Source: an uncultured Desulfarculus sp. (GTDB taxonomy: Bacteria; Desulfobacterota; Desulfarculia; Desulfarculales; Desulfarculaceae). From it: 64,000 nucleotides of DNA. The stretch spans positions 2,048,001 to 2,112,000 of the forward strand of contig CAXXUK010000001.1 in the NCBI GenBank assembly GCA_963665125.2. The letters are read 5' to 3'. The translations under genes and the position numbers were made by a program. Positions 8,899 to 17,219 of the stretch are shown here, one piece after another. Under the pieces are notes generated by a model that was not told where the DNA came from, did not search any database, and was given only the letters and a program-made list of their open reading frames with translations. Numbering within the stretch: position 1 is the first letter of the stretch; every line of letters starts with the position of its first letter.

Positions 8899-9951
8899 AT
8901 GGCCATCGGGCTGTACAACCGGGGCAAAGTTCCCTGGGCCGACAGCCAGCTCATCTATCACGCCCTGGGCAATCTGGGCCGGGAGGCCCTGTCTTTGGTT
9001 TCGCCGGCCACGCCCTATGTCTGCGTGGGCTTTCACCAGGATACGGCCCAGGAAGTGGACCTGGAATACTGCCGCCAGGCCGGAATACCGCTATTCAAGC
9101 GCGAGGTCGGCGGCGGCGCGGTGTATCTGGACGGCAACCAACTTTTCTTCCAATTGATCCTGCGGCGGGACAATCCCCTGCTGCCCGCCAACCGGGACAA
9201 ATTCTACCGCCGCTTTCTGGAGCCGGTGGTGGAGGCCTACCGCCGCATCGGCATAGACGCCACATTCAAGCCGGTCAACGATGTCGTCACCGGAACCAAG
9301 AAGATAAGCGGCACGGGCGTGGGCGAAATCGGCCCCTGCGTGGTTTTTGTGGGCAACATGATCCTGGATTTCGACTTTGAAACCATGGCCAGGGTGCTCA
9401 AGGTGCCGGATGAAAAATTCCGGGGCAAATTCGCCAAGACCATGCAAGGCAACATGAGCACCATCCGCCGGGAATTGGGCCCGGCCGCCGAAGCATGGAC
9501 CGAGGAAAAGCTCAACGCCATCATGGCCGATGAATTCGCCAAGGTCCTGGGGCCACTGGAACCGCTGGACATGGACGCCGAACTGCGCGCCGAGATGGAC
9601 CGCCTGGCCGGTTTGATGCTCACCGAGGATTGGCTCATGCGCAAGGGCCGCCGCCTGCCGGGCCGCAAGGTCAAAATCCGAGCCGGTCTGGAACTGGTGC
9701 GGCGCACGCACAAGGCCCCCGGCGGTCTGTTGCGGGCCGAGTGGGAACTGGTGGAAGACCGCTACCGGGGCGTGAGCATTTCCGGAGACATCTTCGCCTT
9801 TCCTCCGTCGGCACTGGAGGCCTTGGAACAGGCCCTGGAGGGCGCGCCCAGGCGGGATGTCTCCAAGGCACTGGAGGATTTTTTAGCCATGACAGGGGCC
9901 GAATTTCCCGGTGTCGCCACTGAGGATTGGCTGGATTTACTATGTTCATAG
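8899..9951 (+). CDS. Lipoate-protein ligase family protein with C-terminal accessory domain
   Basis: PYVCVGFHQ, REVGGGAVYLD, KPVNDV..KKISGTG and C-terminal KAPGGLLR...ISGDIF, typical of LplA-family ligases. Confidence 0.88.
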   Translation: MAIGLYNRGKVPWADSQLIYHALGNLGREALSLVSPATPYVCVGFHQDTAQEVDLEYCRQAGIPLFKREVGGGAVYLDGNQLFFQLILRRDNPLLPANRDKFYRRFLEPVVEAYRRIGIDATFKPVNDVVTGTKKISGTGVGEIGPCVVFVGNMILDFDFETMARVLKVPDEKFRGKFAKTMQGNMSTIRRELGPAAEAWTEEKLNAIMADEFAKVLGPLEPLDMDAELRAEMDRLAGLMLTEDWLMRKGRRLPGRKVKIRAGLELVRRTHKAPGGLLRAEWELVEDRYRGVSISGDIFAFPPSALEALEQALEGAPRRDVSKALEDFLAMTGAEFPGVATEDWLDLLCS

Positions 9952-10175
9952 CTATGACCAATGTTAATTTATAAATTTTTTCGATAAAAAGTATAAGGGA
10001 CGGCAAGGTTGTTACGTCTTTGATGTCTATGGGCGGAGAGTTGTCCGCGTAATTACAGGCGGGGCCTGCACGTCGGCCCGGTTGCCGAAGTCAAAAAGAG
10101 CTCGCATAAATATACGAAAACGGCTACTTTTCCGTCCGGAATCATTGGGGTTGACAAACAAACGAAAGGTAAAAC

Positions 10176-10661
10176 ATGACTGGTAAAATGCGAAGTGTCT
10201 GTTCTGTTTTGTTGTTGACGGCCCTGAGCTGCCTGATGTCCTTCTCCCTTGTTTTGGCCGCCCAAGCGAACCAGGACCAGGAAAAGGATGTGGAGGCAAT
10301 GGTTAATGCGGCGGTGAAGCTGATCCAGGAAAAGGGCGTCGCGGCATTTGATGAACTTAACAAGGGCGGAGACGCCTGGGTTAAGGGAGCCACGGGAATC
10401 TTCGTCTCCGACGGCGCTGGCATTGAGCTGGCCAACCCGGCCCAGCCGGAAATAGTCGGCAAGAACGTCAAGGACATCCCCGGCGCGGCCGAAACATTCG
10501 AGGGGCAATGGAAGCTGGTCCAGGAAAAGGGCCAGGGCTGGTACGATGGTTCCTGGCAGAAGCCGGGAACTGACAAGCAAACCAGCTGCCGCAGCTTTGT
10601 CAAAGGCGTGGAAGTCGGCGGCCAACAGTACCTCGTGGGAGCCGCCTATTATCTGGACTAG
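10176..10661 (+). CDS. Exported single Cache-domain protein
   Basis: Signal peptide; VNAAVKLIQEKG..AFDELN, IFV, NPAQPEIVGKN, GWYDGSWQKPG and LVGAAYY fit an sCache pattern. Confidence 0.75.
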   Translation: MTGKMRSVCSVLLLTALSCLMSFSLVLAAQANQDQEKDVEAMVNAAVKLIQEKGVAAFDELNKGGDAWVKGATGIFVSDGAGIELANPAQPEIVGKNVKDIPGAAETFEGQWKLVQEKGQGWYDGSWQKPGTDKQTSCRSFVKGVEVGGQQYLVGAAYYLD

Positions 10662-10688
10662 CCATGGTCCTTGAAATAGACGCATGAC

Positions 10689-10731
10689 AACAGCGGCTGG
10701 GGCCGGATCGGCTCCGGCCGCTGTTTCTTTT
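10689..10731 (+). terminator. Rho-independent terminator (possibly bidirectional)
   Basis: AACAGCGGC...GCCGCTGTT stem followed by TCTTTT, between convergent genes. Confidence 0.65.
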
Positions 10732-10740
10732 CGCCATGAT

Positions 10741-11724
10741 CTATGCGCCCTCGGCGGGACGAGCCCACCCCAGGCGCAGGAACACCAGCGGGGCCAGTCC
10801 GGTGAACCACAAGCCGCTCAGCAGACCCGTGGCCATTATGGCCGCCCACGCCGCGGCGGTTTCGCGGCCCAGGCTGACGTAGAACGCCCCGCCTGCGGCG
10901 TTGAGCCCCACCACCACCACGAAACCCAGCGCAAAGGCGGCGATGCGCCGACCCCACGTCTCGGCTGGTCTGAACCAGCCTTTGGCGTGCATCAGGATAC
11001 CGCCCAAGGCTATGCCCAGGAACATGCCGCTATGGGCGAAAATGCTTTTCAGGCGCAGGGGGGCGATGACGCCCTCGGGGCCGCAGACGGCAAAGGAGTT
11101 GTTTTGCCAGATAGTAGGCACGCTCCAGCCGTCCAGCAGTTGCCGCGAGTATACGCCGACAACCACAAGGGCGGTGGTCACCAATACGGCAATGGCGATC
11201 ATCGCCATGGTCCGATCTTCCAGCATTGCCATGAACGGTTTTTCCAAACGGAAGAACATGTAGACGATCATCGCCCCCACAACCCAGCCCACCAGGACCT
11301 GGGTTGGAAAATGCACGCCCAATACAGGCCGGGAAACTCCGACCAGCAGGGTCATGGCAATACAGGCCGCCCAGACCCAGCGGCGGTGAACGGCCGTGGC
11401 CAGGCCCAGCCACATCACCGCGGCCGTCTGGGCGTGACCCGAAGGCATTCCGAAGCCCTTGTGAATGCCGTAGGCAGTTATGCTGGTATCGACCCAGTAT
11501 GGCCGGGGTTCGTGGATGAAGACCTTGAGCTCATTGTTGATTATCCCGGAAAAAGGCACCAGCAGGGCCAGCCGGAAGCCCACGCCGGGAGAAACGCACC
11601 AGTAGACAAAGCTGATAATGACGATATAGGCCGCCGCGTAGCCAAGCTGGGTTACGGCCTTCATGGGCCAGACCAGCCAGGGCCCCCACCCCTGCAGCCA
11701 GTGAATCAGTTCAAATTCCCACAT
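10741..11724 (-). CDS. PAP2-family phosphatase (membrane)
   Basis: KVFIHEPRP, PSGH and SRPVLGVHFPTQ motifs; GGAGG RBS before the ATG at 11724. Confidence 0.88.
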   Translation of the reverse strand: MWEFELIHWLQGWGPWLVWPMKAVTQLGYAAAYIVIISFVYWCVSPGVGFRLALLVPFSGIINNELKVFIHEPRPYWVDTSITAYGIHKGFGMPSGHAQTAAVMWLGLATAVHRRWVWAACIAMTLLVGVSRPVLGVHFPTQVLVGWVVGAMIVYMFFRLEKPFMAMLEDRTMAMIAIAVLVTTALVVVGVYSRQLLDGWSVPTIWQNNSFAVCGPEGVIAPLRLKSIFAHSGMFLGIALGGILMHAKGWFRPAETWGRRIAAFALGFVVVVGLNAAGGAFYVSLGRETAAAWAAIMATGLLSGLWFTGLAPLVFLRLGWARPAEGA

Positions 11725-11786
11725 CAATTGACCTCCGGCGGACAAAACACTGTTGCCAATCTACGACAAACCGGATTGCTTTGGGC

Positions 11787-11823
11787 AAAAAAAGTCCCGG
11801 CCCGGTCGAAACCAGGCCGAGAC
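11787..11823 (-). terminator. Rho-independent terminator of the acyl-CoA dehydrogenase gene
   Basis: Minus strand reads GTCTCGGCCTGGT-TTCG-ACCGGGCCGGGAC-TTTTTTT. A second hairpin lies at 11836-11875. Confidence 0.75.
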
Positions 11824-11926
11824 AGCCGAAGGGATGAGGGCGGCCCGCCGGGTTGGGTGGATCCCGGCGGCCCTCAGGAGAAACATGTTGTGCGATAAAG
11901 GCAATGGCTGCCTTTATCAAGGGAGT

Positions 11927-13750
11927 TTAAAAGCACGCCTCCGGGATGGTGATGGCGCTGTCGTCTTCCAGGGCCAGGGAAGAATAGCGGCCGAACACGT
12001 TGGGCAGGAAGTTGCGGCAGAAGTACTTCGCCGTGGCGACCTTGCCGGTGTAGAAGATGCCGTCGGCGCTGGACGGGTCCACGGTGGCCAGCTTTTCCCG
12101 GGCGATCATGCCCTGCTCCAGCATCAGCTGGGCCAGGATGATCTCGGCCAGGCAGTCCTGGAAACGAGTGGCGGCCAGCGGGATGAGCTGGGCCCGGCCG
12201 TCGCCGAAGTAGCCCATGAACTTCATGGCGATGTCGCCAACGGCCTGGGTGGCCTTGAACAGGGTCTTGAAGTCCGGCGCGAAGTCGTCGTCTTCCTTGT
12301 TGGCGGAGGTGAAGTCCATGATGCCCTGCAGCAGGTTCTGGAAGACCTTGCCGCCTTCAAGCTGCATCTTGCGGCCGATGAGGTCCAAGGCCTGGATGTA
12401 GTTGGTGCCTTCCCAGATGCTGATGATCTTCATGTCGCGGGCGTATTGCTCAACCGGGAACTCGGAGCAGTAGCCGACGCCGCCCATGGACTGCATGGAG
12501 TCGCGGATAACCTCGAAGCCCTTGTCCGAGGCGTAGCTCTTGGCCACCGGCAGCAGCAGGTCGGCCAGGTGCTCGGCCGCATGGGCCTTTTCCTCGTCCG
12601 TTTCGTTTTCAGCGATATCCACCAAGTAGCCGATCTTGAACAGCATGGCGCGCATGGCCTCGCTGAAGGCCTTGCCGTTCATGAGCATGCGGCGCACGTC
12701 TTCGTGGTTGATGATCGTCACGGCGGCGCCCCGGCGGTCAATGAACGGGGCGCTCTGCACGCGCTCCTTGGCATAGATGCGGGCCGTGTCATAGGCGCTG
12801 GCGGCCAGGCCCAGGGCCTGCATGCCGCAGCCCAGGCGGGCTTCGTTCATCATCTGGAACATCTTGGGCATGCCGGTGCGGGGCTCGCCCAGGATGATGC
12901 CGCGGCACTTGCCGTTTTCACCGAAGTTCAGGGTGCAGGTGCTGGAGCCGTGCACGCCCATCTTGTGCTCGATACCGGCGGTGAACACGTCGTTGGGCTC
13001 GCCCAGGCTGCCGTCGGGGTTGACCCATATCTTGGGTACAATGAACAGGCTCAGGCCCTTGGTGCCCTCGGGATCGCCCTCCACGCGGGCCAACACCAGG
13101 TGGATCACGTTTTCGGTCATGTCGTGGTCGCCGCAGGAAATGAACCGCTTGACGCCGTCGATGAAGTAAATGCGGTCGTCATCGCTGGAGGTGTCCTTTA
13201 CGGCCTTGGTGCGGGCGGCGCCGACATCGGAACCGGCGTCGGGCTCGGTCAGACACATGGTGCCGGTGGCCTCGCCTGAGTAGAGCATGGGGCAGAACAG
13301 CTCTTTGTCTTCATCGGTGCCGTAGTTTTCAATGACGCGGCCCGCAGCGGAGCAGAAGCCGGTGTACATGGCAAAGGCCATGTTGGCGCCGAAGAAAATC
13401 TCGGTAACCAGGGCGGACAGGCTCTGGGGCAGGCCCTGGCCGCCGAAGTCCATCTTGTTGGCGTAGGAGACCCAGCCGTTTTCGCACATGACAGCAAAGG
13501 CTTCGTGGAAGCTCTTGGGCAGGGTTACGCTGCCGTCGGTGTTGTACACCGCGCCCTCGCGGTCGCCGTCCTGGTTGGCCGGGCCAAGCATTTCGCGGCC
13601 CACCTTCAGGGACTCGTCGATGACCATGTTGAAGTCGTCGGCCTCGTAATCGGCAAAGGCGTCGTATTTTACGATGTCTTCCATATTGAAGTGCTCGTTG
13701 AGCAGAAATTTGTAATCCCTGTCATCGCGCTTGAAGTAGTTGATACCCAT
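11927..13750 (-). CDS. Long (about 600 aa) acyl-CoA dehydrogenase
   Basis: TMCLTEPDAGSD, GVKRFIS, HKMGVHGSSTC, MNEARL, MGGVGYCSEFPVEQYARD and IWEGTNYIQ. Start MGINYF at 13750. Confidence 0.93.
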   Translation of the reverse strand: MGINYFKRDDRDYKFLLNEHFNMEDIVKYDAFADYEADDFNMVIDESLKVGREMLGPANQDGDREGAVYNTDGSVTLPKSFHEAFAVMCENGWVSYANKMDFGGQGLPQSLSALVTEIFFGANMAFAMYTGFCSAAGRVIENYGTDEDKELFCPMLYSGEATGTMCLTEPDAGSDVGAARTKAVKDTSSDDDRIYFIDGVKRFISCGDHDMTENVIHLVLARVEGDPEGTKGLSLFIVPKIWVNPDGSLGEPNDVFTAGIEHKMGVHGSSTCTLNFGENGKCRGIILGEPRTGMPKMFQMMNEARLGCGMQALGLAASAYDTARIYAKERVQSAPFIDRRGAAVTIINHEDVRRMLMNGKAFSEAMRAMLFKIGYLVDIAENETDEEKAHAAEHLADLLLPVAKSYASDKGFEVIRDSMQSMGGVGYCSEFPVEQYARDMKIISIWEGTNYIQALDLIGRKMQLEGGKVFQNLLQGIMDFTSANKEDDDFAPDFKTLFKATQAVGDIAMKFMGYFGDGRAQLIPLAATRFQDCLAEIILAQLMLEQGMIAREKLATVDPSSADGIFYTGKVATAKYFCRNFLPNVFGRYSSLALEDDSAITIPEACF

Positions 13751-13870
13751 GATCTTTCTCCCTCGATTCAAAGTAGGCCCGTAGAGACCGATATCGGCGC
13801 CTGGTGGAGCGGGTCGCGCGGGCAATGTTTCATGACGGCATATCTGATCCGCGCCAAGCCGCGGTGAATT

Positions 13871-13886
13871 ATGAATCACTATTCAT
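13871..13886. promoter_or_regulatory. Palindromic operator candidate ATGAAT-cact-ATTCAT
   Basis: Perfect 6-bp dyad upstream of the acyl-CoA dehydrogenase gene. Confidence 0.45.
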
Positions 13887-14091
13887 GCAGCAACTACTAT
13901 AGCTCACCAGACTTTCGTTGTCACGCCACTGTTTACTTTTTTAATATTTTTTCGGGTCGGAGGATGGCAATTGGACCTATTTCATACACATTATTAAAGG
14001 AACAGGCCAATAGCCAACCGAGTGCTGTTTAGATTGTCCACCATTCCACGGTATTCAGAGCATGGTGGTGCGGCTGAACGGAGTTGGTTAA

Positions 14092-14113
14092 AATGAAGTA
14101 GTGATACTTCATT
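14092..14113. promoter_or_regulatory. Palindromic operator candidate AATGAAGTA-gtga-TACTTCATT
   Basis: Perfect 9-bp dyad in the AT-rich region upstream of glpD. Confidence 0.5.
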
Positions 14114-14232
14114 AAAAATCATGGCGGCCGCAACATATTTAACACTGTTTATGTTATTATTCGCAAACAACTAAGCAACCTTATGGCTTATCCATATTTG
14201 CTTGATTCAATCCGAACGTAGCGGGTGGGAAA

Positions 14233-15855
14233 ATGAAGCGCTTCATCGAAAAGTATGACGGCAAACAATATGATCTCATTATTGTCGGCGGCGGCATCAC
14301 CGGTTCGGCCATAGCCTACGAGGCCGCCAACCGGGGCCTCTGCGTCGCCTTGATCGAAAAGCACGATTTCGGCTGGGCCACATCGGCCGCCACCTCCAAA
14401 ATGATCCACGGCGGGCTACGTTATCTTTATTATGGCGAGATCGGCCTGGTGCGAGAATCACTACAGGAAAGACGCATCCTCGAAAACATCGCGCCCAATT
14501 ACGTGTATCCCCTGCCGATCCTGCTACCGGTGTACAAGTCGCGCTGGGCCACCAAGGCCGGTCTGACCCTCTACGACATGATCGCCTATGACAAAAAATG
14601 GACCTGGGACCCGGAAAAGAGCCTGCCCAATCACCGCACGGTGCCCCTGGAAGAGGCCCTGCAGCGCATACCGCACATCCGCACCGAAGGCCTTGAGTCG
14701 GCGGAGCTGTACTATGACTGCCAAAGCGCCTTTCCCGAGCGGCTGACCCTGGCCTTTGTCCGCTCGGCTATCGCCCAGGGCGCCCACGTGGCCAACTATG
14801 TCGAGGCCCTGGACCCGATTTGCCCGGAAGATGGCAAAGTCACGGGCGTGCGGGTCAGGGACCTTCTCACCGGTGATGAGCTTGACCTACTGGGCTCGGT
14901 GGTGGTCAACTGCGGCGGCCCTTGGGCCGATCTCATCCTGCGGATGAGCAGCGAGGACGAGGCCAAGCACTCCATCAAGCGTAGCGAGGGCATCCACTTC
15001 ATCACGGCCAAGCTTCCGGCGGACTGGGGGGCTGTTTTGTGGACGCCGGACGGCAGGCACCTGTTCGTGCTGCCCTGGCGAGGCCACACCCTGGTGGGCA
15101 CCACGGACAAGGAATACAAGGGCGACCCGGACAAATACCGCGTCACCGCCGAAAGCATCCAGGAGCTCATCGACACGGTCAATTCCTCATACGGCGACGG
15201 TAACCTGAGCATCGACGACGTGATATACGCCTACGGCGGCCTGCGGCCTTTGGTGGAGAGCAACAGCGAAGACACCTATCAATCCAGCCGCAAATACGAG
15301 ATTCACGACAACTCCTCCGACGGCGTCGAGGGCCTGATCACCGTGGAAGGCGGCAAGTACACCACCAGCCGCAACCTGGCCGAAAACGCCATGAAGGTCA
15401 TCGGCCGCAAGCTGGACAAGGAACTGAAAAAGTCCACCACGTCCGACAAGCAGCTAAGCGCCTGTGAAATCCGCAAGATCGAGGACTTCGTGCGCGAGCA
15501 GGTCAACCTGCACGCCGACTTCGAAGCCGACACGGTGGAGGTTTTGGCCCGCAACTACGGCACCCAATGCGGCCAGGTCCTGGAAATAGCCCGGCTCGAC
15601 GACAAGTACAAGGAACGCGTCACCTTTGACGGGGAGATCCTGGCCGAGGTGGTGTTCGCCGTGCGCCACGAAATGGCCCGCAAGCTCACCGACATCCTGC
15701 TGCGGCGCACGGGAATCGGCACCCTGGGCCATCCGGGCACGGACATCATGCGCAAGGTGGCCGATATCGCGGCCAGGGAGCTGGGCTGGAGCGACGCCCA
15801 GTGGCGGGCCCAGATCGACGAGGCCAATGCCTGGCTCAAGGTTCCCAAGAGCTGA
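14233..15855 (+). CDS. glpD: FAD-dependent glycerol-3-phosphate dehydrogenase/oxidase
   Basis: IVGGGITG, DFGWATSAATSKMIHGGLRYL, GTTD, GLRPLV, GGKYTT and LTDILLRRT. Confidence 0.9.
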   Translation: MKRFIEKYDGKQYDLIIVGGGITGSAIAYEAANRGLCVALIEKHDFGWATSAATSKMIHGGLRYLYYGEIGLVRESLQERRILENIAPNYVYPLPILLPVYKSRWATKAGLTLYDMIAYDKKWTWDPEKSLPNHRTVPLEEALQRIPHIRTEGLESAELYYDCQSAFPERLTLAFVRSAIAQGAHVANYVEALDPICPEDGKVTGVRVRDLLTGDELDLLGSVVVNCGGPWADLILRMSSEDEAKHSIKRSEGIHFITAKLPADWGAVLWTPDGRHLFVLPWRGHTLVGTTDKEYKGDPDKYRVTAESIQELIDTVNSSYGDGNLSIDDVIYAYGGLRPLVESNSEDTYQSSRKYEIHDNSSDGVEGLITVEGGKYTTSRNLAENAMKVIGRKLDKELKKSTTSDKQLSACEIRKIEDFVREQVNLHADFEADTVEVLARNYGTQCGQVLEIARLDDKYKERVTFDGEILAEVVFAVRHEMARKLTDILLRRTGIGTLGHPGTDIMRKVADIAARELGWSDAQWRAQIDEANAWLKVPKS

Positions 15856-15875
15856 CCGGGGAAAGCGGGCGATTA

Positions 15876-16541
15876 ATGGGCGACCGGCGCACGGCGGCCT
15901 TCTTCGACTTTGACAGCACCCTTTTGGCCGACGAAAGCGGCCGCCTGGGCGTCAAGTACATCATCGACAAGGGGCTGATGCCCACGGGCCTGTTGCTCCG
16001 CATTTTTATTGCCCACAAACTGTTCAAGCGGGGGCTGATTTCCGAAAAGGCCATGATCGGCACATTGTTGCGGGTCTATAAAAAACGCACCCTGGCGGAA
16101 TTCGAGGCCGGAGCCGACGAGTTTTTTGAAACAGTACTCAGGCCCAACCTGGCCCCTCGGCTGGTGGAGGTCGCCCGGAATCATCAGCGCCGGGGCCATG
16201 TTCTGGTGCTCATTTCCGGGTCGATACGCTACATGCTCCGGCCGGTGGCGCGGGAATTATCCTTTGATCACCTCATCTGCACGGATCTGGAACAAGGCCC
16301 CGACGGCCTGTTGACGGGCAAAACCCAAAACGGCCTCTGCGTCGGGCCGACCAAACGGGAAAAGGCCCTGGAACTGGCCGCCCGGGAAAAAATAGACCTC
16401 GGCGCTTCGTACGCCTATGGCGACCATCACGACGACCTGCCGCTGTTGAATCTCGTGGGGCACCCCCATGCGGTAGAGCCCAACGAAAAACTGGCCCGTG
16501 AGGCCAGCCAAAAGGGCTGGCCGGTGCTTAGCCATTTCTAA
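15876..16541 (+). CDS. HAD-IB family hydrolase (SerB-like)
   Basis: FFDFDSTL motif I, ISGS motif II, K, AYGDHHDDLPLL motif IV. Confidence 0.88.
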   Translation: MGDRRTAAFFDFDSTLLADESGRLGVKYIIDKGLMPTGLLLRIFIAHKLFKRGLISEKAMIGTLLRVYKKRTLAEFEAGADEFFETVLRPNLAPRLVEVARNHQRRGHVLVLISGSIRYMLRPVARELSFDHLICTDLEQGPDGLLTGKTQNGLCVGPTKREKALELAAREKIDLGASYAYGDHHDDLPLLNLVGHPHAVEPNEKLAREASQKGWPVLSHF

Positions 16542-16568
16542 CAGGCCATTGAAAAAGCTTTGGCCCGG

Positions 16569-16964
16569 CTAGATGCTGCCTGGTGTCATGATCACCGCGG
16601 CGGCATTCAACACCAGGCAAACAAGAAAGACAAAAGTCATAAACACGGATTCCCGTGAGGAAAACCCCAGGTAGATGGGCTGCAGGACAAAGGTTCTAAC
16701 GCCCCAGAACAGGCACATGCACACCAACAGAGCCTTGCCCAGGCTGGTGCCCACCATTTCCGGAGCGTGCCACAGATACAAATAACCCAGGCCGAACCAG
16801 AACAGCATCAGGCAGATATTGAGGACCCGCATGGTGGCCTGGTTGGTCTCACTCAACGACTCGAGGTCCTTGTTCCATCGCAAAAGTTTGGGGAAAAAGA
16901 TATGCAGCACACCGCAAAGCAGATTAATAACTCCCGCAATTATCACCAGCGTTTCGGAATTCAT
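16569..16964 (-). CDS. Small membrane protein (4 TM), unknown function
   Basis: GAGAGG RBS before the ATG at 16964; four hydrophobic segments; LHIFFPKLLRW and FWGVR. Confidence 0.7.
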   Translation of the reverse strand: MNSETLVIIAGVINLLCGVLHIFFPKLLRWNKDLESLSETNQATMRVLNICLMLFWFGLGYLYLWHAPEMVGTSLGKALLVCMCLFWGVRTFVLQPIYLGFSSRESVFMTFVFLVCLVLNAAAVIMTPGSI

Positions 16965-17219
16965 CGAATTACCTCTCACGGTTAATGATGCTACTTGGCC
17001 AGGCCGGTGTGGCTTTTCGCTGGTGGTGTCGAGCACGAGTTGCGGCAATGAGGCTTCTATTGATGTCTAACAGCCTGGAAAGGTTTGAGGATCAGGTTGC
17101 ATGCAAGCCTTGGTCATCGTATGCAAAACCTCACGGCTAAGTCAAACTGCATTTAAATACCTGCCCGAACGTGATAGAATTTTTTCGCTTTACGGCACAA
17201 TTTTTCACCGAGTTCCAGG

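Noticed and set aside
9952..10175. Riboswitch (for example c-di-GMP) upstream of the Cache gene
   Set aside because: No convincing consensus motifs; only an AT-rich promoter-like tract.
10684..11898. 404-aa + strand ORF
   Set aside because: Antisense to the PAP2 gene and runs through terminators.
11753..13279. 508-aa + strand ORF
   Set aside because: Antisense shadow of the acyl-CoA dehydrogenase, caused by high-GC codon bias; no recognisable motifs.
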